A stretch of 64,000 nucleotides of DNA, from NCBI RefSeq assembly GCF_020745735.1, contig NC_083427.1, forward strand, positions 2,697,438 to 2,761,437, in the 5' to 3' direction. Below, piece after piece: positions 1 through 11,908 of this stretch; position 1 is the stretch's first letter; the number at the start of each line of letters is the position of its first letter. This DNA is from Hemiscyllium ocellatum (Eukaryota). Position numbers and translations under genes: made by a program. The notes beneath the pieces were generated by a model. That model saw nothing but the letters and a program-made list of their open reading frames with translations, ran no database searches and was not told the origin of the DNA.

Positions 1-730
1 TACCCCTGTCCTGTTACTTCTGCCTTCTTTGTGGTTTCAGCAGAGATACAGACAGGCTGCTCAGATCCCTGCTGGCACTGCTCAAACACCTCTGGTCTCC
101 AATCTCTACAGTTTCAGAGCCCTGGACGGTCCCACAAAGATAGTTCCACCTGTACCTACAGAGGAGCAGACTCCGAGTGGAGAGGCAGGAGATGGAGGCA
201 GTGCATCGGGTGCTGTTTGGGGATTAAGGGTTGAGAGGCTGGAGTGCTTCAAGCGGAGTTCCCACTACCCTGTCTCCAACATCCATTTCCTGGACCAGCG
301 TCACATCATTGTTCCCACTCTGCTGCAGACCAGTTTGTTGGAGATCAAGCCTAGGTTGCAAGTGCACAGATATGACATACCTGTCATCTTGTCTAAGGCA
401 GTAGGCGTGTCCTGTATTGATCCATTTCAAAGTGGTGCTTGAAGCTCCAGGGAGACAGTCACTCTTTTCATGAGAGATAGTCTTTGTAACCTACAACCTC
501 TGAACCCAGTTCACTCCTCCGATTCTGATTTTCCTATCTACCGCCTACAACGCTCCACAATATTGGCCCAGCTTTGAGCTGCGAAGGCCTCAAGCTCTGA
601 AATTCCTTCCCTAAACCCCTTCTCAGCTTTTAAGATATTTCTTAAAATGTAATTGTTATTGTTATCGCCTGACAGTGGGAGAATCAGACATGACCAACAA
701 ACATTTTTAATGCTTGGACAATAAGGGTCG

Positions 731-944
731 GAGCTGAAAAATGTGTTGCTGGAAAAGCGCAGCGGGTCAGGCAGCACCCAAGGAACAGGAGAATCGACGT
801 TTCGGACATAAGCCCTTCTTCAGGAAGGGCTTATGCCCGAAACGTCGACTCTCCTGCTCCTTGGATGCTGCCTGACCTGCTGCGCTTTTCCAGCAACGCA
901 TTTTTCAGCTCTGATCTCCAGCATCTGCAGACCTCACTTTCTCC
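731..944. mobile_element. Palindromic Penelope-like (PLE) pLTR mini-insert with hammerhead motif
   Basis: 731-820 is the reverse complement of 824-911. The same sequence forms the 3' end of the GIY-YIG PLE at 62690-62784. Confidence 0.85.
793..826 (-). ncRNA. Minimal type I hammerhead ribozyme motif
   Basis: Minus strand reads TC-CTGAAGA-A-GGGC-TTAT-GTCC-GAAA-CGTC-GA. The catalytic core is intact, stem II has one G-U pair and stem I is weak. Confidence 0.65.
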
Positions 945-1120
945 ACAAAAAGAATCAGCCATTTTCGAACTGGAAACGTGAACCTGCCACTTCACTTTCA
1001 GTCAGGAACAGAAGCCAGTTTGACCCAATCTCTGGGTGAACGTTTCCAACATTGCTGTTGTTCTTGCTGAATCTAAACCCAGTTACAAAGGAGCTTGTGT
1101 TTGATGTTGAGAAGCTCTTA

Positions 1121-1243
1121 GGAGGAGAAAGTGAGGTCTGCAGACTCTGGAGATGCTGATGAAGGGCTTATGCCCAAAACGTCGAATTTCCTGTTCCTTG
1201 GATGCTGCCTGACCTGCTGCGCTTTTCCAGCAACACATTTTCA
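1121..1243 (+). mobile_element. PLE pLTR mini-insert with mutated hammerhead
   Basis: CTGATGA-A-GGGC-TTAT-GCCC-AAAA-CGTC at 1156-1183 (GAAA>AAAA). TSD GAGAAGCTCTTA at 1109-1120 and 1247-1258. Confidence 0.85.
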
Positions 1244-1361
1244 GTCGAGAAGCTCTTAACCATGGAAGACAGCAGCTGGGTAACATTCCTACCCCAACCT
1301 AGGATTACCCTACGTTTGATCCTGAGTGTGATTAATAGCAGCAATAACTTTAAAATCCAAG

Positions 1362-2300
1362 TCATTCGTGAACTTGCTGGTGCCTCAGCAGAGCAGACGA
1401 CTGAGTGAATCCCTTCCCACACTTGGAGCAGGTGAATGGCCTCTCGCCTGTGTGAATACGCTGATGTACAGTAAGGTGAGTTGACCGCCTGAACCCAGTT
1501 CCACAGTGAGAGCACCTGAATGGTCTCTCATCAGTGTGAAGAATTTGATGGGACATCAGCTCCCCAGAACTTTTGTAGCACTTTCCGCAGTCTGGACATT
1601 GAAAAGGTCTCTCATGAGTGTGAACTCTCTCATGGGTCAGCAGGGCAGAAGACTGGGTGAAGCCCTTCCCACACTTGGAGCAAGTGAACAGTTTCTCACG
1701 AGTGTGGGTTTTCTGGTGCGAATGCAAGCTGGATAACTGAGTGAATCGCCTCCCGCAGTCAGGGCAGGTGAATGGTTTCTCCCCGGTGTGAGTTCTCTGG
1801 TGTTTCTGTAAGCTGGATAGCTGAGTGAATCCCCGACCACAGTCAGAGCAGGCGAATGGTTTCTCCCCAGTATGAGTTCTTCGGTGTTTATATAAGTTGG
1901 ACGACTGAGCGAATCCCTTCCCACACTCGGAACAGGTGAATGGTTTCTCCCCGGTGTGAATTCTCTGATGTACATGTAAACTAGATAAATGAGCAAATCC
2001 TTTCCCACACTTGGAACAGATAAGCGGTTTCTCACCAGTGTGGATTCTCTGGTGTATTTGTAAGCTGGATAAATCAATGAATCCCTTTCCACACTTTGAA
2101 CACGATAATGGCCTCTCTCCAGTATGTCTGCGCCGATGAATTTCCAGCTGGGATGGGTAATTGAATCCTTTCCCACAGTCCCCACACTTCCATGGTTTCT
2201 CCATGGAGTCAGCCCCAGTGTGAGTGCGTTGATGAGTTTCCAGCCAGGACGGGAATCTGAATCCCTTCCCACACTCCCCACATTTCCATGGTTTCTTCAT
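1362..2300 (-). CDS. C2H2 zinc-finger protein (ZNF-A), 11 fingers, no KRAB/BTB/SCAN
   Basis: 312-aa ATG-initiated ORF with 11 CxxC...HxxxH units and TGEKP/TGERP linkers. Candidate splice acceptor at 3031-3032 (minus strand). Confidence 0.92.
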   Translation of the reverse strand: MKKPWKCGECGKGFRFPSWLETHQRTHTGADSMEKPWKCGDCGKGFNYPSQLEIHRRRHTGERPLSCSKCGKGFIDLSSLQIHQRIHTGEKPLICSKCGKGFAHLSSLHVHQRIHTGEKPFTCSECGKGFAQSSNLYKHRRTHTGEKPFACSDCGRGFTQLSSLQKHQRTHTGEKPFTCPDCGRRFTQLSSLHSHQKTHTREKLFTCSKCGKGFTQSSALLTHERVHTHERPFQCPDCGKCYKSSGELMSHQILHTDERPFRCSHCGTGFRRSTHLTVHQRIHTGERPFTCSKCGKGFTQSSALLRHQQVHE

Positions 2301-2410
2301 GGGTGCCAGTGTGGGTGTCTGTCAGTTGAATTCTCCTCCACACAGTGAACATGTGCTGTCAACAGTCAGATGTTTGCCAGTCTGTGTAACTGCTTAAAGC
2401 TCTTTCTTCA

Positions 2411-2806
2411 CCATTTTGTCAAGGGCTTTCATCTAGTTGTGGTAGTGGTTCTGGCTGGTCCAGGTCCCCTTGGGGGAGAAATCCCGCATGAGTACGGGCT
2501 TTATTACAACTTGATGTTAATTCGTTCCGAGCATGTACTTCATTATTTAATTACTATGTTATCCTTTTTTTCTTCTTCTTTGAGTAATGTAAGATATTTT
2601 ATTAGACGCTCTGGTTAGTTAAAGGTTAGATTAGTAGTTAGTTGAGTTTTGTCTTTTGTTTTCTATATCTCTTCTTTTTGTTTGACAGATTTTGGTTATT
2701 ATTTATTTAATATTTAATTGTATATTAGTGCTGGTACTTGTGTTTTTTTATCTGTAAGGTTGTAAAAACATGTTAAATTTTCAATAAAAATATCTATTTA
2801 AAAAAA
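2411..2806 (+). mobile_element. 5'-truncated L1 (probable last ORF2 codons, 3'UTR, polyA)
   Basis: Ends in AATAAA plus an A-tail. 15-bp TSD AAAGCTCTTTCTTCA (2396-2410 / 2807-2821) at a TT|AAAG site. The tail is homologous to 33960-34160. Confidence 0.85.
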
Positions 2807-3949
2807 AAAGCTCTTTCTTCAGTCAGTTTAATGGAACACTCTCAAGAGTGTTTGTGTCTCTCGCTGAGCTTACCCAATCAGAGATGATTGAAACCATTCC
2901 CCTCAAGCAGAACTCCTTCCACATTTGGAGACCAGTGATGTTCAGCTGCAGATGAATGGAGTGACTGCGTCAGATCTTGACTTGACGTTTGATCTGAATG
3001 TCCAGATGTACGCTGTCCTCTTCTAATCCCCTGCACCAAGTGATAACAAACTCGTCACCGAGTGAAAACAGTGAAATTAGAAACAAATACAACAATTCCA
3101 GTTTCTGTGGCATGTTTTTGTCTCTTGTTCCTCCAAAGCATCCCACACAGTCTCCCTATTCCCTGGATTGAAATCCCAATAAAGTGCTCGATAATTTGAC
3201 AATTCAGTCCACCTTGAAGTAGCCGCTAATGATGGAGCCTGGGAAATTGACAGCAGTTGCAGATCAAGACTTAGAAGAGAGGAAACAAAAAGATAAAACT
3301 GCTGGAAAAACTCAGCAGATCTGGCGATATATGTGGAAAGAAAGCAGCGTTAATGTTTCCTGTGACCCTTCTTCACAACTGATTCGATGGGAGATAAAAT
3401 ACAGTAACAGGCGGTAAAGAACAGAGAAGCTGCTCAGCTCCTGTTTCTCAGTTGTTGAATTTGCTGATCCAGGACACTCAAACCTGCCAGTTAATAAACT
3501 AAGGTATAATTTAGAAACCTCTTCTTCTGTACTGTTCTGCTCCACTGAAGTTTTCACTTTTATGTCTAATGTACATTGCATCATTTCTGAAACTTAAAGA
3601 ATGTACCAAACCATAGTATTTGTTCTGTTAAATTTAACGTTGTCTCCCTGCGTCTTTTACTAATTTGTGCGTTCACACTGATCAAGAACACTCCCTAGTT
3701 TCAGTTGTTGAAGACTATGATCTTATGCTTCACAGACTCAGGGCCACAACACTTCTCTATCTTGAGAAGATCAATGGTCCCACCACCAATCACAGACATA
3801 GCTCTATTTCCATCCTTCCAGACTGAGAAATATCCACTAACATAACTCTGTTTTCCATGCTTCACTGGACTTCTAATCCTGCTGCTGCACACTCTTTAAT
3901 ATTAGCAGCTTCATCTTATTAACAATGCTTTCGTCTGTTCGTCGCTTAA

Positions 3950-4320
3950 CATATGAGGACTCTGGGTTTATACTTGATGGAGTTTAGAAGGATGAGGGAG
4001 AAACTAATTGAAACATACAGAATTCTGAATGACCTAGACAGAGTAGATGCTGGGAAGATGATACTATTGGTAGGAGAGACAAGGACCTGATGGCACAGCC
4101 TTAGAGTGAAGGGAAGACCTTTTAGAATGGTGATAAGGAGAAATGGCTTCAGTCAGAGAGTAATGTATCCTTGTAATTCATTGCCACAGAGAGATGTGGA
4201 GGTCAGGCCATTGAGTATATTTAAGACCAAGATAGATAGGATATTGAGTATCAGGGGGATCAAGGGTTACAGGGAGAATGGGGTTGAGAAACATAACTGC
4301 CATAATTGAATGGCAGAGAC
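3950..4320 (+). mobile_element. CR1 LINE 3' fragment
   Basis: Decayed ORF2 C-terminus (RRNGFSQRV...NSLPQ). Confidence 0.75.
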
Positions 4321-4339
4321 AAAAAAAACTGCACATGCT

Positions 4340-4480
4340 TGAATACAATGTAGAGGATGGGAGATGGCTGGTGTAGTGGCAATGTCAAAGGATTAGTAAT
4401 CAAAGCCCCAGTCTAATGGTCTTGAGACATGGTTTCAGATTCTACTATGGCCAATGGAATTTGAAATGGATTAAAAAAAG
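4340..4480 (+). mobile_element. Head of a second tRNA-derived SINE family
   Basis: A-box-like TGGTGTAGTGG and B-box-like GGTTTCAGATTC. Confidence 0.5.
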
Positions 4481-4699
4481 TCAGAAATTTAAAAAAAACC
4501 AAGGTAGACAAGCAGGAGGCTGGAAGAACTCAGCAAGCCATGGAGCTTTAAGAGGTGGAGAAATCAAACGACTTCTCCACCTCCTGATGCTGCCATGATT
4601 GAATGGCGTAACAGACTGGATGGGCTGAGTGGCTTCATTTCCCCTCCTATGCCTGATGGTCACCCTATAAAACCCGTTTTGACAACTAATTGTCAGAGG

Positions 4700-7235
4700 G
4701 AAAATGAGAAACAAACTTGTAAGGAGATCTCAGCTATCTGTAAGAATAATAGGGTAGTTATGGCAGGGGATTTTAACTTTCCAAACATCGACTGGGACTG
4801 CCATAGTGTTAAAGGTTTAGATGGAGAGGAATTTCTTACGTGCGTACAAGATAATTTTCTAATTCATTATGCGGATGTACCTACTAGAGAAGGTGCAAAA
4901 CTTGACCTTCTCTTGGGAAATAAGGCAGGGCAGGTGACTGAGATGTCAGTGGGGGAACAGTTTGGGGCCAATGACCATAATTCTATTCGTTTTAAAATCG
5001 TGATGGAAAAGGATAGACCTGATCTAAAAGTTGAAGTTCTAAATTGGAGAAAGGCCAATTTTGACGGTATTAGGCAAGAACTTTCGAAAGCTGATTGGGG
5101 GCAGATGTTCGCAGGTAAAGGGACGGCTGGAAAATGGGAAGCCTTCAGAAATGAGATAACAAGAATCCAGAGAAAGTATATTCCTGTCAGGGTGAAAGGA
5201 AAGGCTGGTAGATATAGGGAATGCTGGATGACTAAAGAAATTGAAGGTTTAGTTAAGAAAAAGAAGGAAGCATATGTCACGTATAGACAGGATAGATCGA
5301 GGAAATCCTTAGAAGAGTATAAAGAAAGTAGGAGTATATTTAAGAGGGAAATCAGGAGGGCAAAACGGGGATATGAGATAGCATCGGCAAATAGAATTAA
5401 GGAGAATCCAAAGGGTTTTTACAAATATATTAAGGACAAAAGGGTAACTAGGGAGACCATAGGGCCCCTCAACGATCAGCAAGGTGGCCTTTGTGTGGAG
5501 CCACAGAAAATGGGGGAGATACTAAATGGATATTTTGCATCAGTATTTAGTGTGAAAAAGGATATGGAAGATATAGACCGTAGGGAAATATATGGTGACA
5601 TCTTGCAAAATGCCCAGATTACAGAGGAGGAAGTGCTGGATGTCTTGAAACGGTTAAAGGTGGATACATCCTCAGGACCTGATCAGGTGTACCCGAGAAC
5701 TCTGTGTGAAGCTAGAGAAGTGATTGCTGGGCCTCTTGCTGAGATATTTGTATCATTGATAGTCACAGTGAGGTGCCGGAAGACTGGAGGTTGGAAAACG
5801 TGGTGCCACTGTTTAAAAAGGGCAGTAAAGACAAGCCAGGAACTATAGACCGGTGAGCCTGACCTCAGTGGTGGGCAAGTTGTTGGAGGGAATCCTGAGG
5901 GACGGGAGGTACATGTATTTGGAAAGGCAAGGACTGATTAGTGATAGTCAACATGGCTTTGTGCGTGGGAAATCATGTCTCACAAACTTGATTGAGTTTT
6001 TTGAAGAAGTAACAAAGAAGATTGATGAGGGCAGAGCAGTAGATGTGATCTGTATGGACTTCAGTAAGGCATTCGACAAGGTTCCCCATGGGAGACTGAA
6101 TAGCAAGGTTAGATCTCATGGAATAAAGGGAGAACTAGCCATTTGGATACAGAACTGGCTCAAAGGTAGAAGACAGAGGGTGGTGGTGGAGGGCTGTTTT
6201 TCATACTGGGGGCCTGTGACCAGTGGAGTGCCACAAGGATTGGTGCTGGGTCCTCTACTTTTTGTCATTTACATAAATGATTTGGATGTGAGCATAAGAG
6301 GTACAGTTGGCAAGTTTGCAGATGACATCAAAATTGGAGGTGTAGTGGACAGCGAAGAGGGTTACCTCAGATTACAACAGGATCTGGACCAGATGGGCCA
6401 ATGGGCTGAGAAGTGACAGATGGAGTTTAAATCAGATAAATGAGAGGTGCTACATTTTGGGAAAGCAAATCTAAGCAGGACTTACACACTTAATGGTAAA
6501 GTCCTAGGGAGTGTTGCTGAACAAAGAGACCTTGGAGTGCAGGTTCATAGCTCCTTGAAAGTGGAGTCACAGGTAGATAGGATAGTGAAGAAGGCATTTG
6601 GTATGCTTTCCTTTATTGGTCAGAGTATTGAGTACAGGAGTTGGGAGGTCATGTTGAGGCTGTACAGGACATTGGTTAGGCCACTTGTTGGAACATTGTG
6701 TGCAATTCTGGTCTCCTTCCTATCGGAAAGATGTTGCGAAACTTGAAAGGGTTCAGAAAAGATTGACAAGGATGTTGCCAGGGTTGGAGGATTTGAGATA
6801 CAGGGAGAGGCTGAACAGGCTGGGGCTGTTTTCCCTGGAGTGTTGGAGGCTGAGGGGTGACCTGATACAGGTTTACAAAATTATGAGGGGCACGGATAGG
6901 GTAAATAGACAAAGTCTTTTCCCTGGGGTCGGGGAGTCCAGAACTAGAGGGGCATAGGTTTAGGGTGAGGGGGAAAAAGTATAAAAGGGCCCTCAGGGGA
7001 ACATTTTAACGCAGAGGGTGGTACGTGTATGGAATGAGCTGCCAGAGGAAGTGGTGGAGGCTGGTACAATTGCAACATTTAAGAGGCATTTGGATGGGTA
7101 TATGAATAGGAAGGGTTTGGAGGGATATGGGCCGGGTGCTGGCAGGTGGGACTAGATTGGGTTGGGATATCTGGTCAGCATGGACAAGTTGGACCGAAGG
7201 GTCTGTTTCCGGGCTGTACATCTCTATGGCTCTAT
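4700..7235 (+). mobile_element. CR1 LINE, 5'-truncated ORF2 (APE end plus RT), frameshifted
   Basis: ORFs 4595-5848, 5853-6416, 6447-6746 and 6685-6957 carry GDFN, DFSKAFDKVPH, GVPQG and FADD motifs, followed by a CR1 3'UTR. Confidence 0.95.
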
Positions 7236-7279
7236 AACCCATCTGCACTACCACCAGTGCATGTCCTCGCTCGCTGAAC

Positions 7280-8030
7280 TTGTTGCTGTTGCAGCGGGAG
7301 GGGGCGGGGCAGGGGGCGGGGCTGGAGGACCGAAAGGCAGCACCTGGTCCTCCGAACAATGGGAGCGCGGCGCATGCGCCCTCCTTCGCCGAGACACGAC
7401 CAACAGAATGGCAGTTGTTAACCCCAGGCCTGAAGCGGACAAAAAAGACTGACCATATGCCGCCGGTAGCCAACAGTCTGGCGGTGGTTTTCGCTGAGCA
7501 CTTCCCGGTGCGTTTCCTGAAACCGCCCACCACCATCGGCTTCCCCGTAACGCCGATAAAAAATCTCACCCGAGGGAAACGTCTCGGCGGCTCCGTCTGA
7601 CCCCTCCGCGAACAGCAGTACCGATACTGCGCATGCTCTGGCGCGCGCGCGCGGGTGATTGACGGCGCCTGGGCAACGGACGAGATGGAGGAGGCGGGGC
7701 TGGAGTGTCGAGGGGGCGTGTCTGGAAGGACTGAGTTGGTGGGTCCTCCTTCCAGCCAATGGACGTGAACGGGAGGCGGGGCTCCAGCCATTGCAAGTGA
7801 ACGGGAGGCGGGGGTACGGCTGCAGGGTCGAGGGGGCGGGTCTGGAGGACGGAGTGGGTGGGTACTCCTTCCAGCCAATGGACGTGAATGGGGGGGCGGG
7901 GCTGTGTTACTCAACCAGTCCGAGTGAATGAGGGGCGTGGCAGCATCACCAAACCAGTCCGAGTCAATGAGGGGCGTGGCTGTATTACTCAACCATTCCG
8001 AGTCAATGAGGGGCGTGGCCGGGCTGAGAC
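7280..8030 (-). promoter_or_regulatory. CpG-island promoter and first exon of ZNF-A (possibly bidirectional)
   Basis: CpG-rich, with NRF1-like GCGCATGCGC/TGCGCATGC, many GC boxes and CCAAT boxes. Minus-strand donor G|GTGAGA at 7569. Confidence 0.75.
7888..8019. repeat. 39-bp tandem repeat (~3.3 copies), each with a GC/GT box
   Basis: CGAGT(G/C)AATGAGGGGCGTGGC recurs at 7921, 7960 and 7999. Confidence 0.85.
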
Positions 8031-9615
8031 ATCCTCGCAGAGAGCTATGTTAGAGATGAATAGGCTGGTGCTTACAAACTAGGTTGTTTGTTTTAGTTTC
8101 TGCTCTGTATTTAGAGTTACTTAAAACAGACTGCATGGTAGATTATGTTTCAATGTGTGACGTTCAGAAATATATTTGTGAAACTTCGGGCTGTAGAGGG
8201 CATTAGTTTGGTCACTTTTGAGATAACTGCAATCAGTTCTGTTCCCCCTGCTCTGGGAATTATGTTGTGAAACTTGGAAGGGTTCAGAAAAGAATTACAA
8301 GGATATTATGTAACTATAACCTGGTGTTGTGTGATTTTTAACTTTGTACACCCCAGTCCAACACTGGCTCCTCCAAATCAAGGATATTGGAGGGTTTGAG
8401 CTCTAGGGGGGAGGCTGAATAGGCTGGGGCTATTTCCCCTGGAGTGTCGGAGACTGAGAGGTGACCTTTTAAAGGTTTATGAGGGCCACGGAATAGGGTG
8501 AATAGCCAAGGTGTTTTTCCCAGGTTAAGGGAGTCTCAAACTAGAGGGAATATATGTGATGTGGAGGTGCCAGTGTTGGACTGGGGTGGACAAAGTTAAA
8601 AATCTCACAACATCAGGTTATAGTGTTTTGTTTACGACAGAGCTAACATCAGTCAGCAGAGCTCAGTGCTAATGAGGTAATGATTGAAGGAAAGGAACTG
8701 CTGGGAACCAGGGGAATGTGTCCTTGTAAATCGTAGAGAAGACAAATTCCAGATAACTTTCTCTCCCTTCCAGCCAATACCCAGCAGAGTAGACAAAGAA
8801 GAGTTAAGAGTCAGCGCTGGATGGAAAAGTGATGGATATTGATATAAGGCAACAGGCAGGAATGGAGACACTGAAGATCAAGCTCAGGGCCCCTGAAGAT
8901 CCATCCAGCAAATGACCTTGTGTAAGTGACTGTGACACTCAGGACATGGATGTTTACACTGATTGATAGATCCATAGAAGATATGGTAAAGGACAGAGAA
9001 TCTGCTCAACTTTTATTTCTCCGTTGTTAAAGCTGCTGCTTCTAGACAGTCAAACCTGCCAATTAATAAACTAAGGTATAATTTAGAATCATCTCCCTCT
9101 ATACTGGTGTTGACCATTTCATGTACAATGAGTTATTTCTAAAACTTACTGAATTTAGCAGAACAAGTATTATGTAATACATTCTATCAGATATCTCCCA
9201 ACCTTCTTTACTAATTTGTGTGTTAAGAATACTCCCTGTTTTAAATCTCTGGGAATTGATCTTTTGCCCATAGATTCAGCCCACATCATTTTTCTATCTT
9301 GAGAAGATCAATGGTCTCCCAGCAGCGACCATGGGGACAGCACTGTTTCCATCTCAGAAATATCCATTAAGATGGCTCTCTGCTTTCTGTCCTTGGCTAA
9401 ATTTCCAATCCTGATGCTCCATTTTCCTTAAGATCAACACCATTTGCTTATGAACAACCCGCTTGTCGGTTACCCTATCAAACACATTTCGCCAATTCAT
9501 CTGCGCCACGTCCAGTGCCCTTCTTTGCTCACTGAGCATTGTGTGAATCACTCATGTAATATCTGCTGCCTGTCTAGCTCAGTTATATATTCTGGGTATC
9601 TGTAAAATAAATCAG

Positions 9616-9798
9616 AGAAGTGTTGGAAAAGCACAGCAGGTCAGGCAGCGTCCGAGGAGCAGGAAAATCGACGTTTCGGGCAAAAGCCCTTCATCATTGC
9701 TTCATGCTGCCTGACCTGCTGTGCTTTTCCAGCACTACTCTAATCTAGACTCTAATCTAGACTCTGATCTCCAGCATCTGCAGTCCTCACTTTTGCCA
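9616..9798. mobile_element. Partly palindromic PLE pLTR mini-insert with a minus-strand hammerhead remnant
   Basis: 15-bp TSD TGTAAAATAAATCAG (9601-9615 / 9799-9813). Minus strand reads aTGATGA-A-GGGC-TTTT-GCCC-GAAACGTC. Confidence 0.85.
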
Positions 9799-9905
9799 TG
9801 TAAAATAAATCAGCTTTGTGTTACACATTTCTGGACTTGAGTGTTTTTACTATCTTTAAGAAAACTTGGTTCCTTTTGAAGGGCTCCCTCTCTCTCCCAC
9901 CTCCT

Positions 9906-10285
9906 CTCTGATTGAGACGTATAAGATTATTAAAGGATTGGACATTCTGAAGGTAGGCAGCATGTTTCCTCTGATGGGTGAGTCCAAAACCAGGGGACAC
10001 AATTTAAAGATAAGGGGTAGGCCATTTAGAATAGAGTTGAGGAGAAACTTCTTCACCCAGAGAGTGCTGGATATATGGAATGCTCTTCCCCAGAAGGCGG
10101 TGGAGGCCACATCTCTGGATACTTTCAAAGAAGAGATGGATAGAGCTCATAAAGATAACAGAATCGAGGGTTATGGGGATAAGGCAGGAACAGGACACTG
10201 ATTGTAGATGATCAGCCATGATCCGAATGAATGGTGGTGCTGGCTTAAAGGACCGAATGGCCTTCTCCTGCACCTATTGTCTATC
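9906..10285 (+). mobile_element. CR1 LINE 3' end
   Basis: ORF 9866-10201 (LIETYKIIKGLD...RRNFFTQRV). Confidence 0.85.
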
Positions 10286-10458
10286 CTCACCTCCAACAAG
10301 TGTGAAGAACACATGGAACCCTTTGTCCTAATTCTAATGACAATGTGATCATCTAGTCTCAGTTCTGGACAAACATCTTTCTATATTTTCTTCCCTGATA
10401 CCTTTTCAGAGCAAAAATATTGATCCCTCAGCTCATTTCCACTCGCAACTCTGACACT

Positions 10459-11908
10459 TGTCATGAGCCGGACCAACCCCCTCAAAATATATTAAGAAGA
10501 TCGCCTAGACCCTAACTTTTTCTTATTTTAAAGGTAAATACCAAGTGTTGTATTCTGGAAACAGTTTTATTGGTCTTGAAGCAAAACACACTGTCTTCAT
10601 ATACTATAGTTAGTGAGTTTTGAAAAGATTTGTAGCTCAGCTTGAGGTTTGAGTTGGAAAGTTCATTTCCAGATGTTTCATTACCCTACTAGGTAGCATC
10701 TTCATTGGACCTCTGGGCGAAGCAATGCTGAAAATTCCTGCTTTCTATTTATAAGTTTGGGTTTCTTTGGGTCGGTAATGTCATTTCCTGTGGTGATGTA
10801 TTTTCCTGTCGTGAAATCACTTCCTGTTCCTTTTCTCAGGGGATGTAGATTAGATGGGGTCTAACTCGATGTGTTTGTTGATAGTGTTCCGGTTGGAATG
10901 CCATGATTCTAGGAACTCTCATTTGTGTCTTTGTTTGGCTTGTCCAAGGATGGATGTGTTGACCCAGTCGAAGTGGTGTCCTTCCTCATCCATGTGTGAG
11001 GATACTAGTGAGAGAGGGTCATGTCTTTTTGAGGCTAGTCGGTGTTCATGTATCCTGGTGGCTAGTTTTCTGGCCTGTTTGTCCAATGTAGTGTTTGTTA
11101 CAATCCTTGCATGGTATTTTGTAAATGACATTAGTTTTGCTTGTTGTCTGTGTGGGGTCTTTCAAGTTCATTCGCTGCTGTTTTAGTGTGTTGGTGGATT
11201 TGTGAGCTACCATAATGCCAAGGGGTCTGAGTACATCCAGAACCTCAACCTGAGCTACAAATCTTCTCCAAACTCGCTAGAATCTACTCAGTCCTGCCTT
11301 AAAAATCTTTAAAGACTTTGCTTCCATCACCTTTGCAGGAAGACCCACAACTCAGAGAGAAAATAACTTCACCAAACCTCTGTTTTGAAAGAGCCACTCG
11401 AGTTATTTGCACTGTGATCCCATGTGGAAAATAGTCTTTCTTTAGTTAAAAATAACCAAAAGAATGAAGAAATTGGTATAACTTAATTCTATAGGACAAC
11501 TTAGCAAAATGACAGATTATTTAACTAGAAAACAGCAACTGCTTCAATAGTAACATCACAAACACCCCCTTGGCGAAGGCAAATTTAGTAAAATAGATCA
11601 TCGCACATGCAATTCTCCTGTCCAGGATGAAAATAAGCAAGAGTAAACTGAGATAGATAGCGACAGAGTAGCAACTTCTACTGTAAAACTATCAATCCTG
11701 GTTTTATAGGAGTTTGACTGCACCCATTCAGGCTGCTTCTGTTATTCCAACACTTTCGAAAGCAACCCAACGCTTCAGAAGCCGTTAACTTTATTGGATT
11801 CAAATAGACAACTCATCACCTGGTTTAAAACCTCTCTTCAAGAGAGAAAAAAAGGACAAAATACACCTTACAAAGCCGTAGTATTGTTTCTCACTACTCT
11901 GTGTGACA
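10459..11908 (-). mobile_element. Probable solo LTR interrupted by PLE and CR1 pieces
   Basis: TGTCA...TGACA ends and layout similar to 52255-53207. No clean TSD. Confidence 0.45.
10611..11279 (-). mobile_element. Penelope-like element 3' fragment (GIY-YIG end) with inverted terminal pLTR
   Basis: ORF 10919-11131 (RKLATRIHEH..HHFDW). About 40-bp terminal inverted repeat. Degenerate hammerhead at ~10672-10708. Confidence 0.85.

Noticed and set aside
29-442. 137-aa ORF at the window start
   Set aside because: No recognisable domain; probably decayed TE sequence that I cannot assign.
1506-2348. Alternative-frame and antisense ORFs over the ZNF genes (also at 21.4-21.9 kb and 59.6-60.3 kb)
   Set aside because: Typical shadows of periodic zinc-finger codons.
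4595-5848. 417-aa ORF as a host gene or active LINE
   Set aside because: 5'-truncated CR1 ORF2 with frameshifts and stops; the N-terminus derives from unrelated flank.
7441-7640. Possible Pol III RNA (stem-loops ending in T6 on the minus strand)
   Set aside because: No A/B box or recognisable tRNA, vault or 7SK fold. Better explained as exon 1 and intron start with the YY1-like motif pair.
7006-7992. 328-aa minus-strand ORF and overlapping ORFs
   Set aside because: It spans a GC-rich promoter and antisense CR1; low complexity with no domain, and open only because of the GC content.
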